Positions 1-9,529 of a stretch of DNA of 47,242 nt are shown piece after piece. A program made the position numbers and the translations under genes. The stretch covers positions 1 through 47,242 of the forward strand of contig JAKATE010000001.1 of NCBI GenBank assembly GCA_021828085.1, in the 5' to 3' direction. Every line of letters starts with the position of its first letter. Position 1 is the stretch's first letter. The stretch comes from Thermoplasmata archaeon (lineage in GTDB: Archaea > Thermoplasmatota > Thermoplasmata > Lutacidiplasmatales > UBA184). The notes under the pieces were generated by a model. It was not told where the DNA came from. It ran no database searches and saw only the letters and a list, made by a program, of their open reading frames with translations.

Positions 1-2
1 TC

Positions 3-227
3 TGGGTCATCCTGACCCTGCTCGCCCTTGCGGGGATCGCCTGCGGGATCCTCGGCTACAGCTCCTTCGCGAGCGCGCTCGGGGGACAGGCCGTCCTCCT
101 CATGACCGTCCTCGGGGCGCTCGGCACCGCGGGATTCCTGTTCTTCCTCTATCTCACGCTCGGGGTGCTCTATCGGCTGGACCGCCTCCGCCACCCGCTC
201 TCGCGCCGTTTCCGGATCTTCGAGTGA
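3..227 (+). CDS. Partial small membrane protein (3' end), probably part of the terminal oxidase gene cluster
   Basis: Frame 3 reads WVILTLLALAGIACGILGY...GFLFFLYLTLGVLYRLDRLRHPLSRRFRIFE, two hydrophobic helices; stop TGA at 225-227, 6 nt before the coxA ATG. 5' end lies outside the window. Confidence 0.75.
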   Translation, partial: WVILTLLALAGIACGILGYSSFASALGGQAVLLMTVLGALGTAGFLFFLYLTLGVLYRLDRLRHPLSRRFRIFE

Positions 228-233
228 GGAAGG

Positions 234-2489
234 ATGCGTAGCGGTCTGGTCCTCCTGGGCGTCGTCCTTCTCGTCGTCGGCGGCGCGCTCCTCGTCTCCC
301 CCGCCCATCCCACCTTCAGCTTCGAGGTCACCGGCGTCCCCGCCGGCTCGACCGGCCCTCAGCCGATCAATCCCTCCCAGGTGGTCGGCTACAGCGCCCC
401 CTACGGCCTCGGGCAGGACGTGGTCTACAACGTGAGCTGGGTGAGCAACGACAACACCACCGTGATGCAGGTCTTCTCCTGCGGAACGGATCCCTCCTGC
501 TCGACCCTGGGACCGCGCCTGGCCGTCCTGGGGGGCGCGTCGAACGGCTTCCAGCTGGACGTGGCCCCGGGGCAGTACTTCTACGTCAACAGCTCGACCC
601 CGCTGACCAGCCCCATCTCCGTCACCGTGACCGGTTACGCCCAGGGGGTCCTCGGCGAGATCGGGCTCTTCCCCTTCGCGGCGGGGGCCTTCCTCGCCCT
701 CGCCGGCTCGGTCACCTACCCGTCCGGGGTCGACGTCCCGGAGGGGCTCAGCCGCAAGCTCGACTACTACCTGGGGGGGATGATCCTGGTGCTGGCCGGC
801 GAAGGGGTCCTCGCCGGCTTCGTGCTCACCCTCCCCCCGCTCACCACCCCGGGCGTCGAGAGCACCTTCGGCTTCGCCCTCGGGTTCATGGCCCTGGGGG
901 GAGCGCTCCTCTTCCACGTCGTGGACGTGATCTACCGCGGACGGGATATCGCGGCCCAGAAGCTGGCGCGCCGGAGCACGCTACCGCGGTGGTTCCGCCG
1001 CTACGTGCTGCGCTGGCTGGTGACGACCGACCACAAGGAGATCGGCCTCCTCTACATCGTCTTCGCCTTCCTCATGTTCTTCGTCGGCGGGACCTACGCG
1101 ATCCTCATCCGGACGGACCTGGGGATCCCGGCCTTCGGGATCTCGGCGAGCCAGATCGGCATCTCCGCGGACATGTACTCCACGCTCTTCACCGAGCACG
1201 GGGTGATCATGATCTTCCTGTTCATCATGCCCCTCATGTCGGGGTTCGGCAACTACCTGCTCCCCACCATGGTCGGGGCGCGGGACATGGCCATGCCCCG
1301 GCTCAACAACTACGCCTTCTGGCTGCTCCCCCCGGCGGCCTTCCTCATCCTCATCTCCAACGCCAACGCGGGCTGGACCGGCTACGTCCCCCTGGCCACC
1401 CTCGAGCCCGGCCACGGCATCGATCTCTGGATCGCGGGGCTCCACATCCTCAGCGTCTCCTCCATCCTCGGCGCCGTCAACTTCATCCTCACGGTGGTGA
1501 AGCACCGCGCCCCGGGCGTGACCTACTGGAACATGCCCATCTTCGTCTGGTCGGTGTTCATCAACAGCTTCCTGGTGCTCGCCGCCATGCCCTCGCTCTC
1601 GGTGGCGCTGAGCATGATCCTCTCCGACCGGAACTTCGGCACGCACTTCACCTACGCGGTGAACGGCTCGCCCCTCGGGGGGCCGCTCATGTACCAGAAC
1701 CTGTTCTGGTTCTTCGGCCATCCCGAGGTCTACATCCTCATCCTCCCGGCCTTCGGTCTCGTCTCCACCGTCCTCCCCAAGATGGTCCGAAGGCACCTCT
1801 TCGGCTACACCGCCATGGCCCTCGCCATCGCCGCCATCGGCATCCTCGGCTTCGTGGTCTGGCAGCACCACATGTTCACCACGGGAGAGGCCACCGACGT
1901 GCGCTTCACCTTCATGCTCACCACCATGGCCATCGCGGTCCCCACCGGGGTGAAGATGTTCAACTGGCTCGGAACCATGTGGGGCGGCCACATCCGCCTG
2001 GAGACCCCCACCTGGTTCATCATCGCCTTCCTGACCATGTTCCTCATCGGAGGGCTCTCCGGCGTGATGCTCGGGAGCATCCCGGTGGACTACCTCGTCC
2101 ACGCCACCTACTTCGTGGTGGCGCACTTCCACTACACCATCCTCGGCGGCACGCTCATGGGCTCCTTCGCCGCCATCTACTTCCTCTACCCGATCATCAC
2201 CCGGCGCTGGTACAACCAGGAGCTCGCCAACTGGCACTTCGTCCTGAGCTACGTCGGGGCGAACATGCTGTTCTTCCCCATGTTCTTCCTCGGCATCGCC
2301 GGGATGCCCCGGCGGGTGTACACCTACCTGCCGTACATCCAGACCCCGGTGGGGCTCAACTTCGCCCAGCTGAACCTGCTCTCCACCATCGGCGCGGGGA
2401 TCTTCGGGATCGCGCAGCTGTTCTTCGTCTTCAACATGGTGATGAGCCGCTACCGCGGTACCCCCGCGGCGGAGGACCCGTGGGCGTGA
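234..2489 (+). CDS. coxA: Heme-copper oxidase (cytochrome c oxidase) subunit I, A1 type, with long N-terminal extension
   Basis: Motifs [27 protein letters not shown] (D-channel Asp), WFFGHPEVY (A1 Glu, cross-linking Tyr), [15 protein letters not shown] (K-channel Lys), AHFHY, GMPRR. Confidence 0.97.
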   Translation: MRSGLVLLGVVLLVVGGALLVSPAHPTFSFEVTGVPAGSTGPQPINPSQVVGYSAPYGLGQDVVYNVSWVSNDNTTVMQVFSCGTDPSCSTLGPRLAVLGGASNGFQLDVAPGQYFYVNSSTPLTSPISVTVTGYAQGVLGEIGLFPFAAGAFLALAGSVTYPSGVDVPEGLSRKLDYYLGGMILVLAGEGVLAGFVLTLPPLTTPGVESTFGFALGFMALGGALLFHVVDVIYRGRDIAAQKLARRSTLPRWFRRYVLRWLVTTDHKEIGLLYIVFAFLMFFVGGTYAILIRTDLGIPAFGISASQIGISADMYSTLFTEHGVIMIFLFIMPLMSGFGNYLLPTMVGARDMAMPRLNNYAFWLLPPAAFLILISNANAGWTGYVPLATLEPGHGIDLWIAGLHILSVSSILGAVNFILTVVKHRAPGVTYWNMPIFVWSVFINSFLVLAAMPSLSVALSMILSDRNFGTHFTYAVNGSPLGGPLMYQNLFWFFGHPEVYILILPAFGLVSTVLPKMVRRHLFGYTAMALAIAAIGILGFVVWQHHMFTTGEATDVRFTFMLTTMAIAVPTGVKMFNWLGTMWGGHIRLETPTWFIIAFLTMFLIGGLSGVMLGSIPVDYLVHATYFVVAHFHYTILGGTLMGSFAAIYFLYPIITRRWYNQELANWHFVLSYVGANMLFFPMFFLGIAGMPRRVYTYLPYIQTPVGLNFAQLNLLSTIGAGIFGIAQLFFVFNMVMSRYRGTPAAEDPWA

Positions 2490-3022
2490 GCCCCGCTTCC
2501 GAGGTCCCCCGCTCCGTCTGGGGCGACCGCTGGGTGCGCATCGCCTCCGTCGTCACCCTCGCCTGGACCTACGTGACCATCGTCGTCGGCGCGGACGTGA
2601 CCGCCACCGACTCGCAGCTCGCCTGCGTGAGCTGGCCCACGTGCACCGGCCAGAGCCTGCTGCCCACCTCGTACACGGGGGGCGTCCTCATCGAGTTCAC
2701 CCATCGGGTGGCCGCCCTGGTGCTGAGCCTGCTCATCCTCGCGCTCCTGGTGCTCATCCTCCGCTATGAGCGCCACCGCCGCTCGGTCCGGAGGCTCGGC
2801 GTCTTCGCCTTCGGGCTGTTGATCTTCCAGGCGGCCCTCGGCGCCGTCATCATCTTCACCCAGGCGGCGGCCGTGGTGGTCATCCTCCACCTGGCGGTCG
2901 CGACCCTCCTCTTCGCGGTCCTCCTGGTGGTGGCGCTCCTGGTGAACCTCCCTCATCTGCCCCCGCGGTGGCGCGTGAGCCTCTTCGGCGAGGAGGATGT
3001 CCGCGGATCCCCCGGGCCCTGA
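2486..3022 (+). CDS. ctaA: Heme A synthase, half-size 4-TM form (COX15/CtaA family)
   Basis: GTG start overlaps the coxA stop (GTGA); 178 aa; LACVSWPTC Cys pair, IEFTHR, Q..LG and ILHL motifs; sits between coxA and ctaB. Confidence 0.9.
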   Translation: MSPASEVPRSVWGDRWVRIASVVTLAWTYVTIVVGADVTATDSQLACVSWPTCTGQSLLPTSYTGGVLIEFTHRVAALVLSLLILALLVLILRYERHRRSVRRLGVFAFGLLIFQAALGAVIIFTQAAAVVVILHLAVATLLFAVLLVVALLVNLPHLPPRWRVSLFGEEDVRGSPGP

Positions 3023-3953
3023 AACGGGCCCCTCGGTCCTTGCGCGGGATGGGCCGGCGACCCCCCCGGACTCCCCCGCGAGGCTCCGGGACTATCTCAC
3101 GCTGACCAAGCCGGGGATCACTGGGCTCATCCTGCTCATGGCCGTGGCCGGCTTCTTCGCCGCTGATCCCTCCTACCCGCCCTCCTGGCTCTCGCTCGTC
3201 GAGCTGCTGGTGGCCGGCGGGCTCGCCTCCGCGGGGGCTGCGGCGCTCAACCACTGGTACGACCGGGATGTCGACCTTAGGATGAACCGGACGCGCCGCC
3301 GCCCAGTCCCTGCCGAGCGCGTCGGCCCGCGGGGAGCGCTCGTCGTGGGGATCTTCCTGAGCGCGCTCGGATGGTCCCTCGCCCTCGTCTGGCTTCCCCT
3401 GGAGGCCTTCCTCGCCATCGCCTCGGGAACCCTGGTCTACGTCGGGGTCTACACGATCTGGCTCAAGCGCCGGACCCGCTGGAACATCGTGGTCGGAGGC
3501 TACGCCGGGAGCGCCCCCGTCCTGGCCGGGGCCGCCGTCGCTGCGGGGCACATCGCCCTGGCCCCGGTGCTGCTCGCCCTCCTGGTCTTCCTGTGGACCC
3601 CGCCACACTTCTGGTCGCTCGCCCTCGTCCTCCGGGACGACTACGCCCGGGCGGACCTCCCCATGCTCCCCGTGGCGAACGATCCGGTCCGCTCGGGACG
3701 GAGCGTCTTCGCCAGCGGGCTGCTCCTCCTCCTGCCCACCTTGGCCTTCGCCGTCGTCCTCGGTGACTACGGCCTCTTCCTGGCCCTGGCCCTGGTCCTT
3801 GGCGTGGCCTTCGCCGGCCTGCTGGCCGGGCTCCTCCGGGACGTCAGCCGCAAGGTGGCCCTGCGGGCGTTCATCTTCTCCGGCTTCTATCTCATGGGGA
3901 TCGGGGTCGCGATGGTCGTGAACTGGCTCTACTACCGCTGGCCGGGGGTCTGA
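2997..3953 (+). CDS. ctaB: Protoheme IX farnesyltransferase (heme O synthase)
   Basis: LTKPGI, NHWYDRDVDLRMNRTRRRP, YTIWLKRRT.WNIVVGG, FLWTPPHFWSLA, DDYARA..PMLP motifs. Confidence 0.96.
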   Translation: MSADPPGPETGPSVLARDGPATPPDSPARLRDYLTLTKPGITGLILLMAVAGFFAADPSYPPSWLSLVELLVAGGLASAGAAALNHWYDRDVDLRMNRTRRRPVPAERVGPRGALVVGIFLSALGWSLALVWLPLEAFLAIASGTLVYVGVYTIWLKRRTRWNIVVGGYAGSAPVLAGAAVAAGHIALAPVLLALLVFLWTPPHFWSLALVLRDDYARADLPMLPVANDPVRSGRSVFASGLLLLLPTLAFAVVLGDYGLFLALALVLGVAFAGLLAGLLRDVSRKVALRAFIFSGFYLMGIGVAMVVNWLYYRWPGV

Positions 3954-4017
3954 GGCCGTTCCGGACGGCCTCCGGTCCACCGGAAGCTTATGGGGGCGAC
4001 CCTCCCTCTCGCCGCGC

Positions 4018-4758
4018 ATGGCAGAGGATTTCGGGGGCCTGAACCCGACACGGACCCTCCAGCGAGTGCTCGAGAGCCTCGGCTACCGCCTCGAGGGGCT
4101 TCCCTCCGGGCGGCGCGTACCGGGAGCGGACTTCTGGGTGCATACCCCCGGCTTCCCCCCCCGGGCCCTTCCGGTCTTCTCCTCCCTCGCCGAGGGTTCG
4201 CGCCCTCCGGAGGCACCGGGGTCGCTCGCCTCGCGCTGGGCAGCCGGGGTCCGTGAGGCCCGGCCCGAGCCCCCGTGGGGGACCATCCTGGTGGTGGAGG
4301 GGGAGGAGAACGCGCGCCGCCTCGGGGAGGACCTCTCCCGGACCTCGCCGGAGCCGGACCCGCTCGCGCCGTTCTTCGCCCGGATCCTCATCCGCGACCC
4401 CTCGGCCCTCGAGGGCCAGAAGGTCTCCTGGCGCTGGGCCCGCCGCAAGGTCAACGGCCGCGAGCTGCTCACCTTGGCGACCGGGACCTTGGTCGGGCTC
4501 GCCCAGCGTTCCCTGGCCGAGTCCCCGGAGGAGGGCTTCAACGTCGATTTGGTCGGGATGCTCCGCGAGCTCAAGGGGACTCTCCTGGTGGACCTGGAAG
4601 GCTCGCTCGGGGTCGAATCCACCGAGGATGCCCTCTTCCTGCTCTATCAACTGGCCCAGCGGTACGGCTACGCCCCGGGCGCGCAGGGAGGGGACCTGCA
4701 CGAACTGCTGGTGAGGGCCCAGGGCCCGGCGAGCCGGCTTCCCTGGTTCGCCTTCTGA
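4018..4758 (+). CDS. Hypothetical protein (246 aa)
   Basis: Globular-looking composition, TATA-like CTTATG ~27 nt upstream, fills the gap between ctaB and the MFS gene; no family recognised. Confidence 0.7.
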   Translation: MAEDFGGLNPTRTLQRVLESLGYRLEGLPSGRRVPGADFWVHTPGFPPRALPVFSSLAEGSRPPEAPGSLASRWAAGVREARPEPPWGTILVVEGEENARRLGEDLSRTSPEPDPLAPFFARILIRDPSALEGQKVSWRWARRKVNGRELLTLATGTLVGLAQRSLAESPEEGFNVDLVGMLRELKGTLLVDLEGSLGVESTEDALFLLYQLAQRYGYAPGAQGGDLHELLVRAQGPASRLPWFAF

Positions 4759-4781
4759 GCCTCCGCGGGCGGCGCGAGGAG

Positions 4782-6080
4782 ATGGGCACGCCCCCCGGAA
4801 CCCCGGAGCCCGCCTCCGGGGCCGCGGGAGAGCCGCTGCCGGGGGGGAGGAGCCCCCCCACGGGGCCGAGACTCGCCCCGGACTTCCCCCACTGGCGCCG
4901 TTCGCTCGCCTTTCTCACCACCAGCCGGATCCTCCGGAGCTTCGCCGCCGGCTTCCTCAACCTGGCGTTCCCTTACCTCATCCTCACCCAACTGCACGAA
5001 AGCGCGACGGTCCTCGGACTCCTCTACGCCGCCGGAGGGCTGTCCACGGCCGCCCTCGCCTTCGGCTTCGGGAGGTTCGGGACTCGGGTCCACCAGCGCT
5101 ACGGCTACTACCTCGCCCTCGCCCTTCTGCCGGTCGCCTGCCTGCTGCTCACCTTCCCGGGCTCGTTCCCCCTGGTCGCGCTGGGGGCCGCCCTCGGCGG
5201 GTTCAGTGCCACGGGCTCGCTCGCGGGCGGGGGCGTGGGCGGGGCGGTCCAGCCCTTCCAGACCGCCATCCTCTCCGACCTTGTCCCGCCGGCCGACCGG
5301 ACGCGCTGGCTCAGCGTACTGTCTTTCCTCAATGGGCTCAGTGCGGCCCTCGGTGCGCTCCTCGTGGCCGGTGTCTCCCTGGGAGAGCTCTTCCCTGTGG
5401 GTCTTGCCCTCTCGCTCGGCGCGCTCCTGTTGAGCCTCCCGATCGAGATCCGGGAGACCCGACGCGGCCATCGGCCCGCCTCCCGCTCCCGGCGCGCCAT
5501 CCGCCGGTTCACGGCCACGGGAATCCTCAACGGGTTCTCCCAGGGACTGCTCACCCCCTTCCTGATCCCGTTCTTCCTGCTCATCTACCATATCCCGGCC
5601 TCGGAGATGGCCTACTACACGGCGGCGAGCGGGACCTGCGCCACCGTCGCGCTGCTCTTCGCCCCCTGGCTCGAGCGGCGGCTGGGCTTCGTCCCCTCCA
5701 TCTCCTACACCCGGGGAGTGGGGGCGCTCCTCGCCATCGTGATGCCCTTCGTGAGGATCTTCCCGGTCTCGGTGGCGATCTACCTGGCCCTGCCGGCGCT
5801 CCGGGTCGCCGCGCTGCCGACGCAGACCTCCGCGCTCATGGGGATGGTGGCCCCCGCCGACCGGGCCGAGGCGAGCGGGACGAACCAGGCCGCCCGCGTC
5901 GCCGCGGCCGGGGGGGCCACCGCGCTCTCCGGCTTCACCATCGACGAGGTCGCCATCTCCGTCCCCTTCCTGGGCTACGCCGCCGCGGTCTACGCCAACG
6001 TCTACCTGTACATCCGCTTCTTCGGCTGGCAGGGACACAGTTCGGTCTACGACGAACCGGAGAAGGGGGAGGCGGGCTGA
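4782..6080 (+). CDS. MFS transporter
   Basis: About 12 hydrophobic segments in two halves, SRILRSFAAGF N-terminal motif, AILSDLVP..DR loop; ATG at 4782 preceded by GAGGAG. Confidence 0.88.
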   Translation: MGTPPGTPEPASGAAGEPLPGGRSPPTGPRLAPDFPHWRRSLAFLTTSRILRSFAAGFLNLAFPYLILTQLHESATVLGLLYAAGGLSTAALAFGFGRFGTRVHQRYGYYLALALLPVACLLLTFPGSFPLVALGAALGGFSATGSLAGGGVGGAVQPFQTAILSDLVPPADRTRWLSVLSFLNGLSAALGALLVAGVSLGELFPVGLALSLGALLLSLPIEIRETRRGHRPASRSRRAIRRFTATGILNGFSQGLLTPFLIPFFLLIYHIPASEMAYYTAASGTCATVALLFAPWLERRLGFVPSISYTRGVGALLAIVMPFVRIFPVSVAIYLALPALRVAALPTQTSALMGMVAPADRAEASGTNQAARVAAAGGATALSGFTIDEVAISVPFLGYAAAVYANVYLYIRFFGWQGHSSVYDEPEKGEAG

Positions 6081-6087
6081 TCCCCCG

Positions 6088-6909
6088 TCAGCCCCGCGGA
6101 GGGCCGGGGGGTTGTCGGCCCGGAGCGAGGGAATAGACGTCGTAGGAGAGGGCCGGGACGAAGCCGAGCTTCAGCAGCGGAGAGGGACGGCCCCCCGGGA
6201 CGGAGAGGGCGAAGGGAAGCGTGGCCCCCGGGCCCTCCTCCCGGAGCACCCCGGCCACCAGCGCGCTCGCCGCCCCCCGGCCTCGGCTCTCCGGCTTGGT
6301 GGCGACCCCGTGGAGGGTGCTGCCGTAGGCGCTCCGGTGGAAGAGTCCAGCCGCCACCCACTCCCCTCCCGCGAGGGCCAGATAGGCGACCGTGCGGTCC
6401 CCCTGGTTCGGGTGGGACTCCGCCACGTCGAGGTATCGGACCAGTTCCTCGCGGAAGCGCTCCTCGGCGTAGAAGGTGGCGAAGTCCGTGCGTTCCTCCT
6501 CCCGGGCGGGGCGGACCTGGTAGCGTCCGTCCAGCTCCGGGAGGGGCTGGGGCCGCCAAGCGAAGATCTCCCGGGGAGCGCCCCCGCGCTTCTCGAAACC
6601 CTGGTCCTCGAGCGCCCGGACGAGCTCGGGCTGCGCCAGGCCGCACGGTAGCTCGAAGGAGGGCCGGAGCGCCCGCTGATAGTAGTGCTCGAGCGTCCGC
6701 TCGAGGAAGGCGCTCGTCCGCCCCCGGGAGACGCGGACGTCCTGGGCGTAGTTGAACCGGGGGACCGGGACGCGCTCGTTGACCACGAGGGTGGCCTCCG
6801 GGAGCTCCACGGCGTACCCGCCGAAGAGCAGCGCGAAGGCGCGGTCCTCGCGCAGCAGGCGCAGCCGCTCGGGAAGCCCGAGGGCCGTCGGGGAAGGGGG
6901 CTCGGGCAC
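6088..6909 (-). CDS. GNAT-family N-acetyltransferase
   Basis: C-terminal acetyl-CoA motif A (VATKPESRGRGAASALV) and motif B-like KLGF. Confidence 0.8.
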   Translation of the reverse strand: MPEPPSPTALGLPERLRLLREDRAFALLFGGYAVELPEATLVVNERVPVPRFNYAQDVRVSRGRTSAFLERTLEHYYQRALRPSFELPCGLAQPELVRALEDQGFEKRGGAPREIFAWRPQPLPELDGRYQVRPAREEERTDFATFYAEERFREELVRYLDVAESHPNQGDRTVAYLALAGGEWVAAGLFHRSAYGSTLHGVATKPESRGRGAASALVAGVLREEGPGATLPFALSVPGGRPSPLLKLGFVPALSYDVYSLAPGRQPPGPPRG

Positions 6910-7037
6910 GCGGACCGGAACGGGTGCAGGGGGATTAGCGATTGCGCCCGGGCAACGGCCGGCCCGAGACCCTCCGCGCCTCCTCTGCGCACGCGCGGAA
7001 AGGAAGGGGGCCTAGGACAGCGGGGGCTCAGCGAGCG

Positions 7038-7382
7038 TCAGCTCGCCGGCGATTCGTCGTCGTCATCCTCGTCCTCTTCGTCGTCCTCGGACTCCTCCTC
7101 CCCGTCGCCCTCGGCCTTCGCGTCCTCCTCCTCCATCTCCTCCTCGAAGGCCTCGGCGCAGTCCGGGCAGAGGAAGACGGTACGCCCGTCATCCATGTCC
7201 TCGACGACGGTCCAGCCCTCCTCCTCGAAGCGGAACGCCTCGAAGGGGGTCGGACCCAGGAGCCGGAGATGGGTGGAGTGACGGCATCCTTCCATGCCGC
7301 AGGCGACCGGGAAGGATGCGCTCCGCGGCCCGGCCGGGTTGGACCCTCCCCCGGGCGCGCCGGACGGACCTCTGCCGCTCAT
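7038..7382 (-). CDS. Small Cys-motif (putative Zn-binding) protein with highly acidic tail
   Basis: CGMEGC...CPDC plus E/D-rich C-terminus; CTTAAG TATA-like element ~27 nt upstream on the minus strand. Confidence 0.7.
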   Translation of the reverse strand: MSGRGPSGAPGGGSNPAGPRSASFPVACGMEGCRHSTHLRLLGPTPFEAFRFEEEGWTVVEDMDDGRTVFLCPDCAEAFEEEMEEEDAKAEGDGEEESEDDEEDEDDDDESPAS

Positions 7383-7484
7383 GGGCGGACGAGGCGGGGA
7401 GCCCCACTTAAGGTTGGCTCTCGAGGTTCCGGTACGGCCGGCTCCACCCCGAACCCATTTCTCCCCTTGGGCCTGGGAGCCGAC

Positions 7485-8501
7485 GTGCCGTCCGGAGAGC
7501 GGGAGGAGCCCGACGTCGCCGGGATCGTGCTCGTGGGAGGCCTGGGGACCCGGCTACGCCCGATCACCTACAGCGTGCCCAAGCAGCTCATCCCGGTGGC
7601 CGGCCAGCCGATCCTCTACCATGCGATGGACCTCCTCCCCCCCCGCGTCCGCCGGATCGTGCTCGCGTGCGGGTACAAGGCCGAGGCCTTCCGGGCCTAC
7701 CTGGCCGCCCACCCGTACCGCCGTCCCGTCACCCTCGTCCCCGAGTCGACCCCACTGGGGACCGGCGGGGGGCTCAAGAACGTGGCCGCCGAGGCGAGCG
7801 ACCCGTTCTTCCTCCTCAACGGCGACGTCATCGCGGGGTTCGATCTGGAAGAGCTCTGGGAGCTCCTCCAGGAGGAGGGGGGACTCGGGGCGATGAGCTT
7901 CCTCGAGGTGGAGGACCCGTCCCCGTACGGCGTGGCGACGTTCGACGGGCAGGGCCGGGTCCAGCGCTTCGTGGAGAAACCCCCCCGGGAGAGCGCCCCC
8001 TCCCGCTGGATCAACGCCGGTGCCTCGCTCTGGAGACGCGAGGTCCTCGGGGAGATCCCCGGGGGCCGGGAGGTGAGCTTCGAGAAGGAGGTCCTCCCGG
8101 GGCTGCTCCCCCGGGGCATCCTCGGCAAGTGCTACCGCGCCTGGTGGGAGGACGCCGGCACGCCGGAACGATTGCTCCACGCCCAGCGATTGCTCTTCGA
8201 CCACCCCCGCACCGACCGCTTCACCCCCTCTGCGCGTCTTCCCGGGGCCCGGGTGGTCCCGCCCGTCGCCGTGGGACGCGGCTGTGCCGGCGAGGGGGCG
8301 ACCGTGGGGCGCTACGTGACGCTCGGGGAAGGGGTGCGGCTCGGCGCGGGAAGCCAGGTGGAGGACTCCGTCCTCCTGGACGGGGTGACCGTGGGGGAAG
8401 GGGCCCGGATCGTCCGGAGCCTGGTCGGCCCGGGGTACGCTGTCCCGCCGGGGGCCGTGGTCGAGGGGGCCTGCCTCGCGAGGGTGGACCCCCCCGGCTG
8501 A
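7485..8501 (+). CDS. NDP-sugar synthase (mannose-1-phosphate guanylyltransferase-like)
   Basis: LVGGLGTRLRPIT..VPKQL, E..PLGTGG, LNGDV, FVEKP, INAG, W.DAGTP and C-terminal left-handed beta-helix repeats; GTG start at 7485 is inferred. Confidence 0.9.
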   Translation: MPSGEREEPDVAGIVLVGGLGTRLRPITYSVPKQLIPVAGQPILYHAMDLLPPRVRRIVLACGYKAEAFRAYLAAHPYRRPVTLVPESTPLGTGGGLKNVAAEASDPFFLLNGDVIAGFDLEELWELLQEEGGLGAMSFLEVEDPSPYGVATFDGQGRVQRFVEKPPRESAPSRWINAGASLWRREVLGEIPGGREVSFEKEVLPGLLPRGILGKCYRAWWEDAGTPERLLHAQRLLFDHPRTDRFTPSARLPGARVVPPVAVGRGCAGEGATVGRYVTLGEGVRLGAGSQVEDSVLLDGVTVGEGARIVRSLVGPGYAVPPGAVVEGACLARVDPPG

Positions 8502-8519
8502 TCGGGCGTCCCGGGGGTC

Positions 8520-9359
8520 TCAGGCCCGGGCCGGGGGGACCGGGCGACGTGAGGAGGAGGGCGTCCGGCCCGCACGGGCCTCCTCGAGGACCGTCCGCGC
8601 CTCGGAGACCGTCAGGTGGTCGTGGACGATCCCCCGGAGGGCCTGGAGCATCGCCACGGGATGGTCGGACTGCCAGATGTTCCGGCCCATGTCCACTCCG
8701 TAGGCCCCGGCCTCGATGGCCGAGTGCGCGAGCTCCAGGACGGCCTGGTCGTTCTCCAGCTTCGGTCCCCCGGCGACCACCAGGGGGACCGGGCAACCCT
8801 CCACCACTCGGGAGAAACCCTCCTCGCAGTAGTAGGTCTTCACGACGTGGGCGCCGAGCTCCGCGCAGATGCGGCTCGCCAGCGAGAGGTAGCGGGAGTC
8901 GCGCTTCTGCAACTCCTTGCCCACCGCCGTGATGCCCATCACCGGCATCCCCAACTCCTCTCCCTCATCCACCAGGGTCCCGAGGTTCGTGAGAGAGCTG
9001 TGCTCGTGGGCGCTACCGACGAAGACGCTCATCGCCACGGCCGCCACGTTGAGGCGCACGGCCTCCCGCATCGAAGTGGTGAGGGACTCGTCGGAGAGGT
9101 CCTCGCCGACGATGCTGGCCCCCCCGGAGACCCGGAGGACGATGGGCGTGGAGGTTCCCGGGTCGACGCTCGTCCGGAGCACCCCCCGGGTGAGCGCGAG
9201 CGCGTCACAGAACGGAAGGAGGGGACGGATGGTCTCCTTCGGCACCTCGAGGCCGTGGGTGGGGCCCATGAAGTAGCCGTGGTCCACCGCCAGCATGACC
9301 GTGCGCTTCGTCGGAGCCGGGAAGATCCGGCCCATCCGGTTCTGCCATCCCCAGTCCAT
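8520..9359 (-). CDS. lsrF: LsrF-like class I aldolase/thiolase (DhnA family)
   Basis: MDWG..NRM N-terminus, MLAVDHGYFMGPT.GLE, LRVSGG, ELGAHVVKTYY (catalytic Lys), AGGPK, GVDMGRNIWQ. Confidence 0.88.
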   Translation of the reverse strand: MDWGWQNRMGRIFPAPTKRTVMLAVDHGYFMGPTHGLEVPKETIRPLLPFCDALALTRGVLRTSVDPGTSTPIVLRVSGGASIVGEDLSDESLTTSMREAVRLNVAAVAMSVFVGSAHEHSSLTNLGTLVDEGEELGMPVMGITAVGKELQKRDSRYLSLASRICAELGAHVVKTYYCEEGFSRVVEGCPVPLVVAGGPKLENDQAVLELAHSAIEAGAYGVDMGRNIWQSDHPVAMLQALRGIVHDHLTVSEARTVLEEARAGRTPSSSRRPVPPARA

Positions 9360-9529
9360 GGACGTCCTCGGGGGCCGGCGAGGCCGGGAAGGGGTCTAAG
9401 CCTTTGCGGGGACCGTCCGCCGGGTATGGAGTCCAACAATCCTCTCCCCACAGGGGAGGAGGCGAGGAGCACGGGGGGGAAGGGCGAGCGAGCGAAGCGA
9501 GCGAGCGCAAAGAGGGGCCGGCCGGGCCG

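Noticed and set aside
989..3022. 677-aa ORF overlapping coxA
   Set aside because: Arg/Pro/His-rich shadow frame; only 2486-3022 (ctaA) is protein-like.
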